Made by a program: the position numbers and the translations under genes. The notes under the pieces were generated by a model. It saw nothing but the letters and a program-made list of their open reading frames with translations. It ran no database searches and was not told the origin of the DNA. From an uncultured bacterium (GTDB lineage: Bacteria > Joyebacterota > Joyebacteria > Joyebacterales > Joyebacteraceae): a DNA stretch of 64,000 nucleotides. Where the stretch lies: the NCBI GenBank assembly GCA_964596015.1, contig CAZQSB010000001.1, forward strand, positions 118,023 to 182,022, given 5' to 3'. Shown piece by piece: positions 37,853 through 46,593 of this stretch (within the stretch, counting starts at the first letter, position 1; the number at the start of each line of letters is the position of its first letter).

Positions 37853-38765
37853 CCTCCAGGAGGTCCATCATCAGCTCCGCGTTGTTGGCGGCGTGGCCCG
37901 CGTGGCAGTTGTTGAAAAACGCATAGACCTTCTTCGCCCTCGACTCGAGATCGAGGAGCTTCGCGGACCACTCCGAGAGCTCGGCCCCGGAGTAGTCGTA
38001 GTCGTAGCGGTCGCCGCCCTTCCCCCACCAGTTCTTCGCGTTCCGACCGTGGAGCCTCACGTACCCGATGTCGGTCGTGGCCTCGACCACGGGCGGGATG
38101 AGGCCCTTGAGCGACGGCTCATCGACCGAGCAGTATCCGAGACCCTCTTCTCTGAGAAACGTGAAGGTTGAGTCGTCCATCCACGAGTCGTGGCGGAACT
38201 CGACGAAGAGCGGGTCGTCGGGAAGGCCGTTCCTGAGGTACGCGAGATGCTCCAGGGCCTCATCGTCCTTCTTGAACTTCCAGGGAAACTGCGCGAGGTA
38301 CCCCCCGAACTTGCCCGCCTCACGGAACGGCGCGACGGCGTCCTGGAACGCGCGGAAGTGCGAGGGATCGTTCTCGATCTCGTGCGTCATCCCCTTGTAG
38401 AGCTTCACAACGAACTCGAACCCCGGCGGCGTCCTCCGCTCCATGCGCTCGAACATCCGAGGGTCGGGAACGCGATAGTAGCTCGTGTTGATCTCGACGA
38501 CGTCGAAGTGCCGAACGTATTCCTCGAGCATGCGGTTCCTGGGAGTGCGCTCGGGATAGAACGTGCCGACCCAGTCGGCGAAGCTGTATCCGGAGGTCCC
38601 GATGCGGATGCGTCCCTCGCGCCCGAACCAGCGGACCCCGGGCGGGCTCTCCCTGCTGTCCCAGGCTCCCGCGCCGTCGGCGAGTCCGTTCCTCTTCTTC
38701 GGAAGGTCGCCGAACAGGTCGCCCTGCGCGTTGTTGGCTCTCACCTCGTGCCGTCCTCCCTGCAA
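37836..38765 (-). CDS. DUF72 (YecE-like) TIM-barrel protein
   Basis: The N-terminus reads IRIGTSGYSFADWVGTFYP...FDVVEINTSYY, and the C-terminus reads YAFFNN. The first approximately 50 aa may be an extension and the start is uncertain. Confidence 0.85.
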   Translation of the reverse strand: MQGGRHEVRANNAQGDLFGDLPKKRNGLADGAGAWDSRESPPGVRWFGREGRIRIGTSGYSFADWVGTFYPERTPRNRMLEEYVRHFDVVEINTSYYRVPDPRMFERMERRTPPGFEFVVKLYKGMTHEIENDPSHFRAFQDAVAPFREAGKFGGYLAQFPWKFKKDDEALEHLAYLRNGLPDDPLFVEFRHDSWMDDSTFTFLREEGLGYCSVDEPSLKGLIPPVVEATTDIGYVRLHGRNAKNWWGKGGDRYDYDYSGAELSEWSAKLLDLESRAKKVYAFFNNCHAGHAANNAELMMDLLEDELGA

Positions 38766-38796
38766 GTGCCTGCCGCCCGCCGGCGGCTTCGAACCA

Positions 38797-40227
38797 CTAT
38801 CGTCGCGGGCCGCCCCCGTCGTCGATGTCCTGGAACCTCAGCATGTCGGAGGGGCTCGACGAGAGGCCCGGCGGCAGCGCGATGGTGTCGAGATGGGGAG
38901 CGGCGTCGTGCCATCCCGCCATGATCGACTGCGGCCGGTCCTCGCCCAGCCCCATCCGCATGAAGCGCGGCTCCGACACGCGGTGCTTCGAGTACCACAT
39001 CTTCGCGTTCCTCGAGACGAGGCGGGCGCGCGTGATGGCCTCCTCCCCGAACTTATCACGGATCGCGTCGAGAGCGTTCAGGAGCTTCCGGTGCGAGTCC
39101 TCGTCCTTCTGCCGGAAGAGGTCGACCTGCAGAACGTCCGGCACCCGGACGAGCCCCGAGCAGTTGACCCCCACGAGCCTGATGGCCTGTCCCGGGCGCC
39201 AGTGACGGTGCATGAGGTCGCGCGCGACGCGGTAGATGACCCTCTCCTCGTCGGTGTAGAACTTGATCTTCCTCTGACGGCCCACCGAGTCGAAATCCGA
39301 GAACCTGAGGCGCATGGAGATGACGTCCCCCATGTACTCCTTCTTCCGCATGCGCCTCGCTACCTGGTCGCAGAGGCGAAGGAGCACCTTCTCGGCCTCG
39401 CGGATGTCCCACGTGTCCTCGGGCAGCGTGTGTTCATGCCCCATCGACTTGACCGGCATCCCTTCGTAGTAGGGAACGACCGGCGTGTCGTCCTGCCCGC
39501 ACGCCATCAGGTGGAGGATCTCCCCCATGATGCCGAAGCGGCGCCGGAGCATGGCGACCGGGAACTCCGAGAGCTCTCCGATGGTCGTGACCCCCATCAT
39601 GCCGAGGGCCACGGCGGTCTTCGTCCCGACGCCCCAGATGTCGGTGACCGGACGGTCGCGGAAGACCTTCATGAACTCGCCCGGGTAGATGACGGTCATG
39701 CCGTCGGGCTTGTCTCTCCCTGAGCACATCTTGGCGACGAGCTTGTTCGGGCCGATGCCGACCGACGCGGTGATGCCGAAACGCTTCCGGATCGTCTCCT
39801 TGATCTCCCGGGCGACCTCGGTCGCGTTCTCCCACGTGCACTCGGTCCCGGTCATCTCGACGAACGCCTCGTCGATCGAGTACGGCTCGACGATGGTCGA
39901 GTAGGACTTGTAGATGCGCAGGAGTTCGAGCGAGACGTAGATGTACTGGCCCGGATTCCCCTCGACGGCGACGACGTGCGGGCAGCGCCGGAACGCCTCC
40001 GCCGTCGGCATCGCCGAGTGGATGCCGTACTCGCGCGCCTCGTACGACGCGGCCGCCACGACGCTCCTGGTGGTCGGCTTGCCGCTGACGATGACCGGCA
40101 GGCCACGGAGTTTCGGTCGGCACATCACCTCGACCGACGCGAAGAACGCGTCCATGTCGATGTGGAAGACAAGGCGCTCATCCCTTGATGAGCCGACGCG
40201 CGCTTCCTTTCTGTGACGTCCCAGCAT
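38797..40227 (-). CDS. dinB: DNA polymerase IV (Y-family) with a C-terminal extension
   Basis: ATG at 40227 is preceded by GAGAGAGG. Motifs HIDMDAFFASVE and SIDEAF are present, followed by palm/fingers/little-finger order. A tail of about 70 aa lies beyond the usual end. Confidence 0.93.
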   Translation of the reverse strand: MLGRHRKEARVGSSRDERLVFHIDMDAFFASVEVMCRPKLRGLPVIVSGKPTTRSVVAAASYEAREYGIHSAMPTAEAFRRCPHVVAVEGNPGQYIYVSLELLRIYKSYSTIVEPYSIDEAFVEMTGTECTWENATEVAREIKETIRKRFGITASVGIGPNKLVAKMCSGRDKPDGMTVIYPGEFMKVFRDRPVTDIWGVGTKTAVALGMMGVTTIGELSEFPVAMLRRRFGIMGEILHLMACGQDDTPVVPYYEGMPVKSMGHEHTLPEDTWDIREAEKVLLRLCDQVARRMRKKEYMGDVISMRLRFSDFDSVGRQRKIKFYTDEERVIYRVARDLMHRHWRPGQAIRLVGVNCSGLVRVPDVLQVDLFRQKDEDSHRKLLNALDAIRDKFGEEAITRARLVSRNAKMWYSKHRVSEPRFMRMGLGEDRPQSIMAGWHDAAPHLDTIALPPGLSSSPSDMLRFQDIDDGGGPRR

Positions 40228-40263
40228 GGTCGCCTCTCTCGGGGAGAGAGAACTCCCCGTCGT

Positions 40264-41142
40264 TCAGTTCTTCTTCGCCGTCCGCTTCTTCGTCCGTCGC
40301 CGAGCCTTCGTCCGTCGCGTCTTCTTTCCCCGCGCCATCCGGGACCGCGGCTGACACGTCGGGCAGATGAAGCTCGTCGTACTTCCGGTCTTGAGCTTCT
40401 TCACGGGCGTGCCGCACGTCGGGCACGGTTTCCCCTCGCGGTACGCGACGAGGAGGTCGTCGACCGAGAAGCGACCGGGGCGGCCGAAGAGGTCCCGCTC
40501 GTAGAACGCTCCGCCCTTCTTGAGACTCGGTTTCAGACCGTCACGGATCGCCTTCCACAGCCCGTCGACCTCCTCGTCGGTCAATGTGTCGAGCCCGCGA
40601 AGCGGATGGAGCCCCGCCAGAAAAAGAATGTCGTGCACGTAGGCGTTCCCGATGCCGGCGACGCGCTCCTGGTTCAGAAGGAACGACTTCACGCCGCCCC
40701 GTCTGCCGTGGACGAGCTCCCGGAACTGTCGCTTTGTGAGATCGAGCACATCGGGGCCGAGCTTCGCGATGGGCGCGTGGTCTTCGAGCCCGGCCGCGAC
40801 ATGCGTGTGGCCGAACCACCAGAAATTGACGGCGAGGCTTCTCCCGTCGTCGAGGTGGAAGGTGACCCGCCGTTTCTCAGGGAGTTCGTCGGACGGGACG
40901 AGCAGAAGCTCGCCTCCCATGCCGAGGTTGATGAGAAGATACCCATCCGACATGTCCGCGACGATCCACTTGCCGCGGTGCGACACGTCCTCGAAGCGCG
41001 CGCCCTCAAGGCGCTTCGAGAACGTCCGCTTCGAGACGTTCAGGCACTTCGGCTGCAGGACCTCGATGCCGGTGATGGTCCGCCCCGTGAGATGCTTCCG
41101 CAACTCGCTCGCCCTGTTCGCTATCTCGGGAAGCTCGGGCAT
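40264..41142 (-). CDS. mutM: Formamidopyrimidine-DNA glycosylase (Fpg/Nei family) with a Lys/Arg-rich tail
   Basis: It has the N-terminal MPELPEI, an H2TH region, and the zinc finger CPTCGTPV...CPTCQ. A 27-aa basic tail follows (RGKKTRRTKARRRTKKRTAKKN). Confidence 0.9.
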   Translation of the reverse strand: MPELPEIANRASELRKHLTGRTITGIEVLQPKCLNVSKRTFSKRLEGARFEDVSHRGKWIVADMSDGYLLINLGMGGELLLVPSDELPEKRRVTFHLDDGRSLAVNFWWFGHTHVAAGLEDHAPIAKLGPDVLDLTKRQFRELVHGRRGGVKSFLLNQERVAGIGNAYVHDILFLAGLHPLRGLDTLTDEEVDGLWKAIRDGLKPSLKKGGAFYERDLFGRPGRFSVDDLLVAYREGKPCPTCGTPVKKLKTGSTTSFICPTCQPRSRMARGKKTRRTKARRRTKKRTAKKN

Positions 41143-41145
41143 CCT

Positions 41146-41463
41146 CTAGGAACCCTCCAGGTCGGTCCGCGTGAGAAGCCAACCCATCGTGCGGGTGTCG
41201 TAGACCAGCTCGAAGAAGTCGTCTTCGGTCGTGACGACCGAGAAATGATGATGCTTGTACTGCCCCTCGCGCACTTCCCAGCGGCCGGTGATGCGCTCGA
41301 CGTCGACGACGCGGTTTCGCCACCGGAAGCGCAGGGGGTCGAGCCGTCCTCCGCTGAACCGCGTCAGCACGGTGACGGCCTCGTTGATCTCCTGGATCAT
41401 AGGGTCGGGTCCCCTCGATGCTGTCGGTCGCATGTCCCTGTCCCTCGTTCCCATCGACTCCAC
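41146..41463 (-). CDS. Small hypothetical protein (85-105 aa)
   Basis: Its stop lies 3 nt before the fpg start. The core reads LDPLRFRWRNRVVDVERITGRWEV...FFELVYDTRTMGWLL. The start is uncertain, with candidates at 41463, 41454 and 41400. Confidence 0.5.
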   Translation of the reverse strand: MESMGTRDRDMRPTASRGPDPMIQEINEAVTVLTRFSGGRLDPLRFRWRNRVVDVERITGRWEVREGQYKHHHFSVVTTEDDFFELVYDTRTMGWLLTRTDLEGS

Positions 41464-41626
41464 ACGCCCCCGCGAGAGGCTTCCTCGACCTCACCTGCTT
41501 CCCGGACTCGGGGGTCCCTCTTCGCTCAGACACCCGCCGCCCTCCGGGCGGCGAGAACTCGCTCGGGAGGGACCCCCTCGCCCGGGGTTTCAGGGGCGGC
41601 GATCTCTCTCGCCGGGCGTCCGGCGG

Positions 41627-42394
41627 CTACGGGAGCGCGCCGACAGGCATGAGGCCGAACGGCTCGATCTCGGGCTCGCCGAGCACGCCCGCTACATCCT
41701 CGTCGGAGAACGCGCCGACGAACACGGTACCCAGGCCCAGGCTCTCCGACTGCAGATAGATGTTCTCCGCGACCGCGCCGACCTCGATGTGAACGTATCG
41801 CTCCGCCCGGTCGCCGTACTTGGACGCCGTCCTGGACGGCACCGCGCCGATGACGACCACGGCCGCCGCGTCGGCGACCCACTCCTGCGAGAGCGCTGCG
41901 TCCGAGAGCATGGGCCGCACGTCCGCGATCTCGACGACCGCGAGGTCGTGCGCCTCCGGGTCGTAGTGATAGAGCCCCGCCGGCAGGTCCGTGACGCGTC
42001 CAGCCGCGACGTAGATCTCGATGGGGTAGAGCGCGCCGGCCGACGGAGCGGCCCGGTGTCCGTCGCCCGTGACGCCCTGCGCGGCCCAGAGGAGCTGCGA
42101 GAGGTCGGCGAGCGGCATGGGCTCATCCGAGTAGGCCCTGACCGAGCGCCGTCCGCTGATCGCCCGCTCGACCGGCATGGAGCTGATCCGGGGCGCCGGC
42201 AGCGCGACCCGGTCGGGCCGGACCGCCCGTGCCGCGGAGAGGTCGGTGGTCGGTGTGTCCACCGAACGCTCCATCTCCTTCGCGGGTCCGTCCAGCACCA
42301 GGAGAGCGCCCATGATCAGGATGACGAGCGCCACGAAGGAGAGCGCCTGGGTCACCGATCCGCTCCTATTGCTTCTCCGCACGTTGTTCATCAC
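41627..42394 (-). CDS. SagB-type dehydrogenase / nitroreductase-fold protein with an N-terminal TM anchor
   Basis: The TM helix is ALSFVALVILIMGALLV. The fold signature reads RRSVRAYS...LLWAAQG...PSAGALYPIE...YHY. Confidence 0.8.
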   Translation of the reverse strand: MMNNVRRSNRSGSVTQALSFVALVILIMGALLVLDGPAKEMERSVDTPTTDLSAARAVRPDRVALPAPRISSMPVERAISGRRSVRAYSDEPMPLADLSQLLWAAQGVTGDGHRAAPSAGALYPIEIYVAAGRVTDLPAGLYHYDPEAHDLAVVEIADVRPMLSDAALSQEWVADAAAVVVIGAVPSRTASKYGDRAERYVHIEVGAVAENIYLQSESLGLGTVFVGAFSDEDVAGVLGEPEIEPFGLMPVGALP

Positions 42395-42472
42395 GTCCTC
42401 CCTGTTCCTTGAGACGCTTCCGGTCCCCGCGATGCTCGTCGCCTCCGCCGCGGGACTCCGGAAGAGCCCGCC

Positions 42473-43096
42473 CTAGAACTTCCGCATCAGGCCGACGACC
42501 GTCCCGAGGAGCCGCGTCTCCGCGTCGCCCTCCCTGAGCACGATGTCGTCGTACTCGGGGTTCCGCGCCTCGAGAACGACCTGCCCCTTCCGACGCGAGT
42601 ACACCTTGACGGTGGCTTCGTCGTCGATGAGCGCGACGACGACATCCCCCGTCTTCGCCGTCGGCTGCGGGTTCACCGCGACGACGTCGCCGTCGAGGAT
42701 GCCCGCGTCCCTCATGCTGTCGCCCGTGACCCGGAGCGCGAAGCATCCGTCGCCCCGCACGAACATGTCGTCGACCGCGATCTCGTCCTCGACGTTCTCG
42801 ATGGCGAGGATCGGCGCGCCGGCCGCGACGCTGCCGACGAGCGGGATCCGGGTGACGTCCGCCCTCGCGGCGGGCGCGTGGTGCTCGAGCCACTCGATCC
42901 CGCGCGAGATCCCCTTGTTCCGACGGATGTACCCGCGCTCCTCGAGCGCGTCGAGGTGGTAGCGGACCCCGTTCGTCGAGGCGATGCCGAACTCGTCGCC
43001 TATCTCGCGGATGGTCGGCGACCGGTCGTGGTCGCGGATGGTCTCGACGATGAAGTCGAGGATCCTCTGTTGTGTCGGTGTCAGGTCGTGTCGCAT
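42473..43096 (-). CDS. lexA: LexA repressor
   Basis: ATG at 43096. It has a winged-HTH N-terminus (PTIREIGDEFGIASTNGVRYHL), the cleavage site VAAG, Ser in GDSM, and Lys in ATVKVY. Confidence 0.93.
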   Translation of the reverse strand: MRHDLTPTQQRILDFIVETIRDHDRSPTIREIGDEFGIASTNGVRYHLDALEERGYIRRNKGISRGIEWLEHHAPAARADVTRIPLVGSVAAGAPILAIENVEDEIAVDDMFVRGDGCFALRVTGDSMRDAGILDGDVVAVNPQPTAKTGDVVVALIDDEATVKVYSRRKGQVVLEARNPEYDDIVLREGDAETRLLGTVVGLMRKF

Positions 43097-43172
43097 CGCG
43101 TCTCTCCCGGAGCGTGCCGCAGCGGGCGTTTTCCGCCCGCCGTCACACAGAAGGACGGCCTGGAAGCCCTCC

Positions 43173-43186
43173 TGCACATCTGTGCA
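43173..43186. promoter_or_regulatory. Putative LexA (SOS) box 1
   Basis: TGCACATCTGTGCA is a 14-bp dyad (TGCAC-N4-GTGCA). It lies just downstream of the predicted -10 element of lexA. Confidence 0.65.
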
Positions 43187-43188
43187 CC

Positions 43189-43217
43189 AGACTACTGCAC
43201 ACATGTGCACCCGTCAA
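43189..43217 (-). promoter_or_regulatory. Predicted lexA operon promoter
   Basis: On the minus strand: TTGACG (43217-43212), a 17-nt spacer, then TAGTCT (43194-43189). It lies about 90 nt upstream of the lexA ATG. Confidence 0.45.
43196..43209. promoter_or_regulatory. Putative LexA (SOS) box 2
   Basis: TGCACACATGTGCA has the same dyad arms. It lies inside the -35/-10 spacer of the predicted lexA promoter. Confidence 0.65.
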
Positions 43218-43220
43218 GGC

Positions 43221-43251
43221 AAAAAGAAGGACCGCCCTGATGAGGCGGCCC
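43221..43251 (-). terminator. Intrinsic terminator of the ars-like operon
   Basis: On the minus strand: gggccgcc-tcatcag-ggcggtcc (8-bp stem with one G-U pair), followed by TTCTTTTT. It lies 74 nt after the arsC stop. Confidence 0.65.
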
Positions 43252-43324
43252 TTTCGATACGATGCGCGCTGCCGATACTGAGGATCCGGCGGCCCGGACG
43301 ACCCCCCGTCCGCCGCCGCCCGAA

Positions 43325-43753
43325 CTAGCGACCGACCTCCTCGACCCACGCCTTGACCTTCGCTTCGATCTCGTCCCGGACCCGACGGAACGTCTCGAGC
43401 CTCTCCTCCTCGGCGCCCTCGTGCGCGGCCGGGTCATCGAACGGCCAGTGCGCGCGCTGTCCGACGCCGGGGAACGCCTTCGGACATTGCTTCTCGGCCT
43501 CAGCGCAGACCGTCACGAGATACCCGAAGTGCTTCTTCCCGAGATACTCGTCCACGCTCTTCGAGCGCTGCCCCGCGAGGTCGTATCCGACCTCCTCCAT
43601 GACCTGCCGGGTCATGGGGTGGATCTCCGACGGCTCGAAACCCGCGCTCGCCGCCTCGAAGCGGTCGCCCCCATATCTCCGGAGGAACGCCTCCGCCATC
43701 TGGCTTCTCGCCGTGTTGCCGGTGCACAGGAAGAGCACGGCCGGTCTGTTCAC
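43325..43753 (-). CDS. arsC: Arsenate reductase, LMW-PTP/thioredoxin-coupled type
   Basis: The GTG start overlaps the upstream stop (GTGA). The P-loop is CTGNTARS and the distal cysteines are VCAEAEKQC. Confidence 0.9.
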   Translation of the reverse strand: MNRPAVLFLCTGNTARSQMAEAFLRRYGGDRFEAASAGFEPSEIHPMTRQVMEEVGYDLAGQRSKSVDEYLGKKHFGYLVTVCAEAEKQCPKAFPGVGQRAHWPFDDPAAHEGAEEERLETFRRVRDEIEAKVKAWVEEVGR

Positions 43754-44295
43754 TGAGTCCTCCTGACTGCGTCAAGCGCATTCAGCACCTCGCCGAGCAC
43801 GTAGCGCCTGAACAGCGCCTCGTCCTCCACGAACACCCAGATCCCGTCGAGCGTCGACCACCCGACCTCCCCGCCGTCCTCGACGACGGAGAGCACGAGG
43901 GAGCTCTCGAGGATGTCGTATCGCTCGACGAGCGCCTCTTCGCCCTCGTCGTCCAGGTTGACGGTCCCCCACGTGACGACCCCGCTGTCGAGCTCCGGGG
44001 ACAGCGAATCGACCAGTACGGCTGTCGTGTACTCCTCGAACCTGAGACAGTTCTCGCAGCGCGCGGTCCTGTGGAAATAGAGGACGTCGACCCTGTCCGG
44101 AAGAACTCTCAGCGTGTCGGTCGCCGTCGACTCGGACGGAGCGCGCTGAAGCTGGAGCGACCCGGCGTCCGCCGGAACGGACGGTACGGCTGACGCGCCG
44201 GCGCCGCTCCCGGCGACGGCCGGGTCCGCCGCGGCCGACGAGGCAAGGAGCAGAACGGACAGCGCAAGGACAACCGCACTGGCTCGACGTCTCAA
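43750..44295 (-). CDS. Secreted thioredoxin-like CxxC protein (ArsF-like family?)
   Basis: The TTG start overlaps the upstream stop (TTGA). It has a signal peptide and the motif [11 protein letters not shown]. The family assignment is from memory only. Confidence 0.55.
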   Translation of the reverse strand: MRRRASAVVLALSVLLLASSAAADPAVAGSGAGASAVPSVPADAGSLQLQRAPSESTATDTLRVLPDRVDVLYFHRTARCENCLRFEEYTTAVLVDSLSPELDSGVVTWGTVNLDDEGEEALVERYDILESSLVLSVVEDGGEVGWSTLDGIWVFVEDEALFRRYVLGEVLNALDAVRRTQ

Positions 44296-44531
44296 CGGCC
44301 CTCCTTCAGAAGCGACACGATCTCGTCCTTCGTCATCACGCGCCCGGAGGACTTCACGTCACCGTCGACCGCAAGCCCCGGCGTCATCATGATGCCGAAC
44401 CCCATGATCTTGTTGATGTCGGTCACCTTCTCGATCTCGACGTCCGCGCCGAGCTCCGCAGCCGCGGCCTCCGCGTTCGCCGCGAGCTGCTTGCACTTGG
44501 GACATCCCGTCCCGAGGATCTGGATCTTCAC
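44292..44531 (-). CDS. Small thioredoxin-fold protein (redox-active disulfide protein 2 type)
   Basis: The GTG start lies 6 nt after AGGAGG. The protein is 79 aa and begins MKIQILGTGCPKCK. Confidence 0.85.
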   Translation of the reverse strand: MKIQILGTGCPKCKQLAANAEAAAAELGADVEIEKVTDINKIMGFGIMMTPGLAVDGDVKSSGRVMTKDEIVSLLKEGR

Positions 44532-44541
44532 ACAGAGCCTC

Positions 44542-45843
44542 CTATCCGCTGATGAAACCGAAGAGAAGACCGCTGACTGTCGCCATCACGACGACCAGCG
44601 TCACGTACACAAGCGTCTTCCGCGTGCCCATGACCGAGCGGATCACGAGCATGTTGGGAAGCGACAGCGCGGGTCCTGCGAGCAGCAGGGCCAGCGCCGG
44701 CCCCTTCCCCATGCCGTTCCCTATGAGACCCTGCAGGATCGGCACCTCGGTCAGGGTGGCGAAGTACATGAACGCGCCCGCCACGGCCGCGAAGACGTTG
44801 GCTCCGAGGGAGTTCCCGCCGACCGAACGACTGACCCACTCCGACGGGATGAGTCCTTCGCCTCCGGGCCGTCCCAGCAGCAGCCCGGCCACGACGACGC
44901 CGACGAAGAGGAGCGGGAGGATCAGCTTCGCGAATCCCCACGTGGCGTCGAGCCACTTCCTGCCGTCTTCTCCCGACAGATGGAGTGCTACCGAGAGGCC
45001 GATGACGCCGACGGCGAAGGGCACCAGTGGCCCTCCTCCCATGAACCAGGCGGACGCGGCGACGGCCGCTCCGACGAGGGCAAGCGCCAGAGGTCGGACA
45101 TTGAACCAGAGAACCAGCACGACGCCGAGGACTGCGGCCAGTCCCGATGTGATCCACCACTTCCCCTGGTGGACGGCGTGCATGAATCCTCCGGAATCGG
45201 AGGCCGACCCCCAGTTGGCGAACACCAGGATGGCCACGAGAAGCGCGAAGTACAGAGCGTTCTGCCACAGCGGCCGCCCGCCGTCTTCCTCGGCTTCCTC
45301 CGTCTGCGCGGCCGCCCGGACGAGCTCCTCTCTGCGGAAGATGAGGTGCATCGCCAGACCGATGACCACGCTGAAGACGACCGCGCCCACAGCTCGCGCG
45401 AGACCGATCTCCGGTCCGAGCACGCGCGCCGTCAGGACGATGGCGAGCACGTTGATCGCGGGTCCCGAGTACAGGAACGCCGAGGCCGGGCCCAGCCCCG
45501 CCCCGCGCTTGTAGATTCCCGCGAAGAGCGGCAGCACCGTACAGGAGCAGACCGCCAGGATGGAGCCTGAGACCGCCGCGACGCCGTATGCCAGCGCCTT
45601 GTTGGCCCGGGGCCCGAGATACCTGAGCACGGCCCGACCGCTGATGAAGACGGCGATGGCGCCGGCGATGAAGAAGGCGGGAAGGAGGCATGTCAGCACA
45701 TGCTCGCGCGCGTACGACCGGACGAGGAGGAGCGACTCCCTGAGCGCGTTGTCGAAGCGGGGCGCGCCGACGGGGAGGTGGAACGCCACGACGAAGACGA
45801 GCGCCATCGCAGCGAGGACCTTCCATTCTCTCTTCAGATCCAA
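44542..45843 (-). CDS. Permease (UPF0718/DUF318, ArsP-like)
   Basis: 433 aa and polytopic. It contains a conserved Cys-containing segment SILAVCSCTVLPLF. The start is TTG, after GGGAGAG. Confidence 0.85.
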   Translation of the reverse strand: MDLKREWKVLAAMALVFVVAFHLPVGAPRFDNALRESLLLVRSYAREHVLTCLLPAFFIAGAIAVFISGRAVLRYLGPRANKALAYGVAAVSGSILAVCSCTVLPLFAGIYKRGAGLGPASAFLYSGPAINVLAIVLTARVLGPEIGLARAVGAVVFSVVIGLAMHLIFRREELVRAAAQTEEAEEDGGRPLWQNALYFALLVAILVFANWGSASDSGGFMHAVHQGKWWITSGLAAVLGVVLVLWFNVRPLALALVGAAVAASAWFMGGGPLVPFAVGVIGLSVALHLSGEDGRKWLDATWGFAKLILPLLFVGVVVAGLLLGRPGGEGLIPSEWVSRSVGGNSLGANVFAAVAGAFMYFATLTEVPILQGLIGNGMGKGPALALLLAGPALSLPNMLVIRSVMGTRKTLVYVTLVVVMATVSGLLFGFISG

Positions 45844-45874
45844 GGTCTCTCTCCCGGAACGAGCCGCCCGAACG

Positions 45875-46573
45875 TCACAGGCGGGTCACCAGCAGGTAGA
45901 CGCCGCCGGCGACGACGAGGACGCCGCATACCCTCCGAAGCCATATCGCGCCGCCTGAACGCTCGGTCCAGTTCAGATAGCGCTGGACGATCTCGGTGAA
46001 CGTCCCCGCGAGGACGATGACCGCGCAGTGACCGACGCCGTACGCCAGCAGCAGAAGGACGCTGTAGAGAAGGCTCGTCCCCGCGATGCCCAGCACGACG
46101 CCGAGCATGGGCGCCATGTACGCGAAGGTGCAGGGCCCGAGCGCGACGCCGAAGATGAGCCCGAGCACGAAGGCCGCGAGCCCGCCCTTGCGCTTCACGG
46201 CCACGCCCCTCGGACCCGACCACGGCGCGGGCACAAGACCGATGAGATGAAGACCCACCAGCACCAGCACCCCCGCGATCACGTACGTCGTGACGCTTCC
46301 GAGGTCTCCCATGATGCGCCCGGCCGCCGCCGTGGCCACACCGATGGCCGCGATGGTGATGAGGATGCCGACGGAGAAGTAGAGGGAGATAAGGAAGGCG
46401 CGTCGTGTGGAGATCCTCCCCTGCCCATCAACGAACCCGACGATGAGCGGGATGCTGGCGAGATGACAGGGGCTCAGGACGACGCTCAACACGCCCCAGG
46501 CCAGAGACGCGAGGATGGCGATGTGCGGCGCCCCCTGGACCGCCTTCGTGAGAGCGGCGAAAAGATCACTCAT
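45875..46573 (-). CDS. ccdA: Cytochrome c biogenesis / thiol-disulfide electron transporter CcdA (DsbD-core family)
   Basis: ATG at 46573. There are six TM helices, with the two conserved cysteines in LSPCHL and LGPCTF. Confidence 0.88.
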   Translation of the reverse strand: MSDLFAALTKAVQGAPHIAILASLAWGVLSVVLSPCHLASIPLIVGFVDGQGRISTRRAFLISLYFSVGILITIAAIGVATAAAGRIMGDLGSVTTYVIAGVLVLVGLHLIGLVPAPWSGPRGVAVKRKGGLAAFVLGLIFGVALGPCTFAYMAPMLGVVLGIAGTSLLYSVLLLLAYGVGHCAVIVLAGTFTEIVQRYLNWTERSGGAIWLRRVCGVLVVAGGVYLLVTRL

Positions 46574-46593
46574 GCTGCGTGCGTCCTCCCCTG

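Noticed and set aside
38771-38786. GC hairpin gccgcc-cgcc-ggcggc between dinB and DUF72, considered as an internal terminator of the lexA operon.
   Set aside because: The stem is short (6 bp), there is no U-tract, and the gap is only 31 nt. It is more likely incidental.
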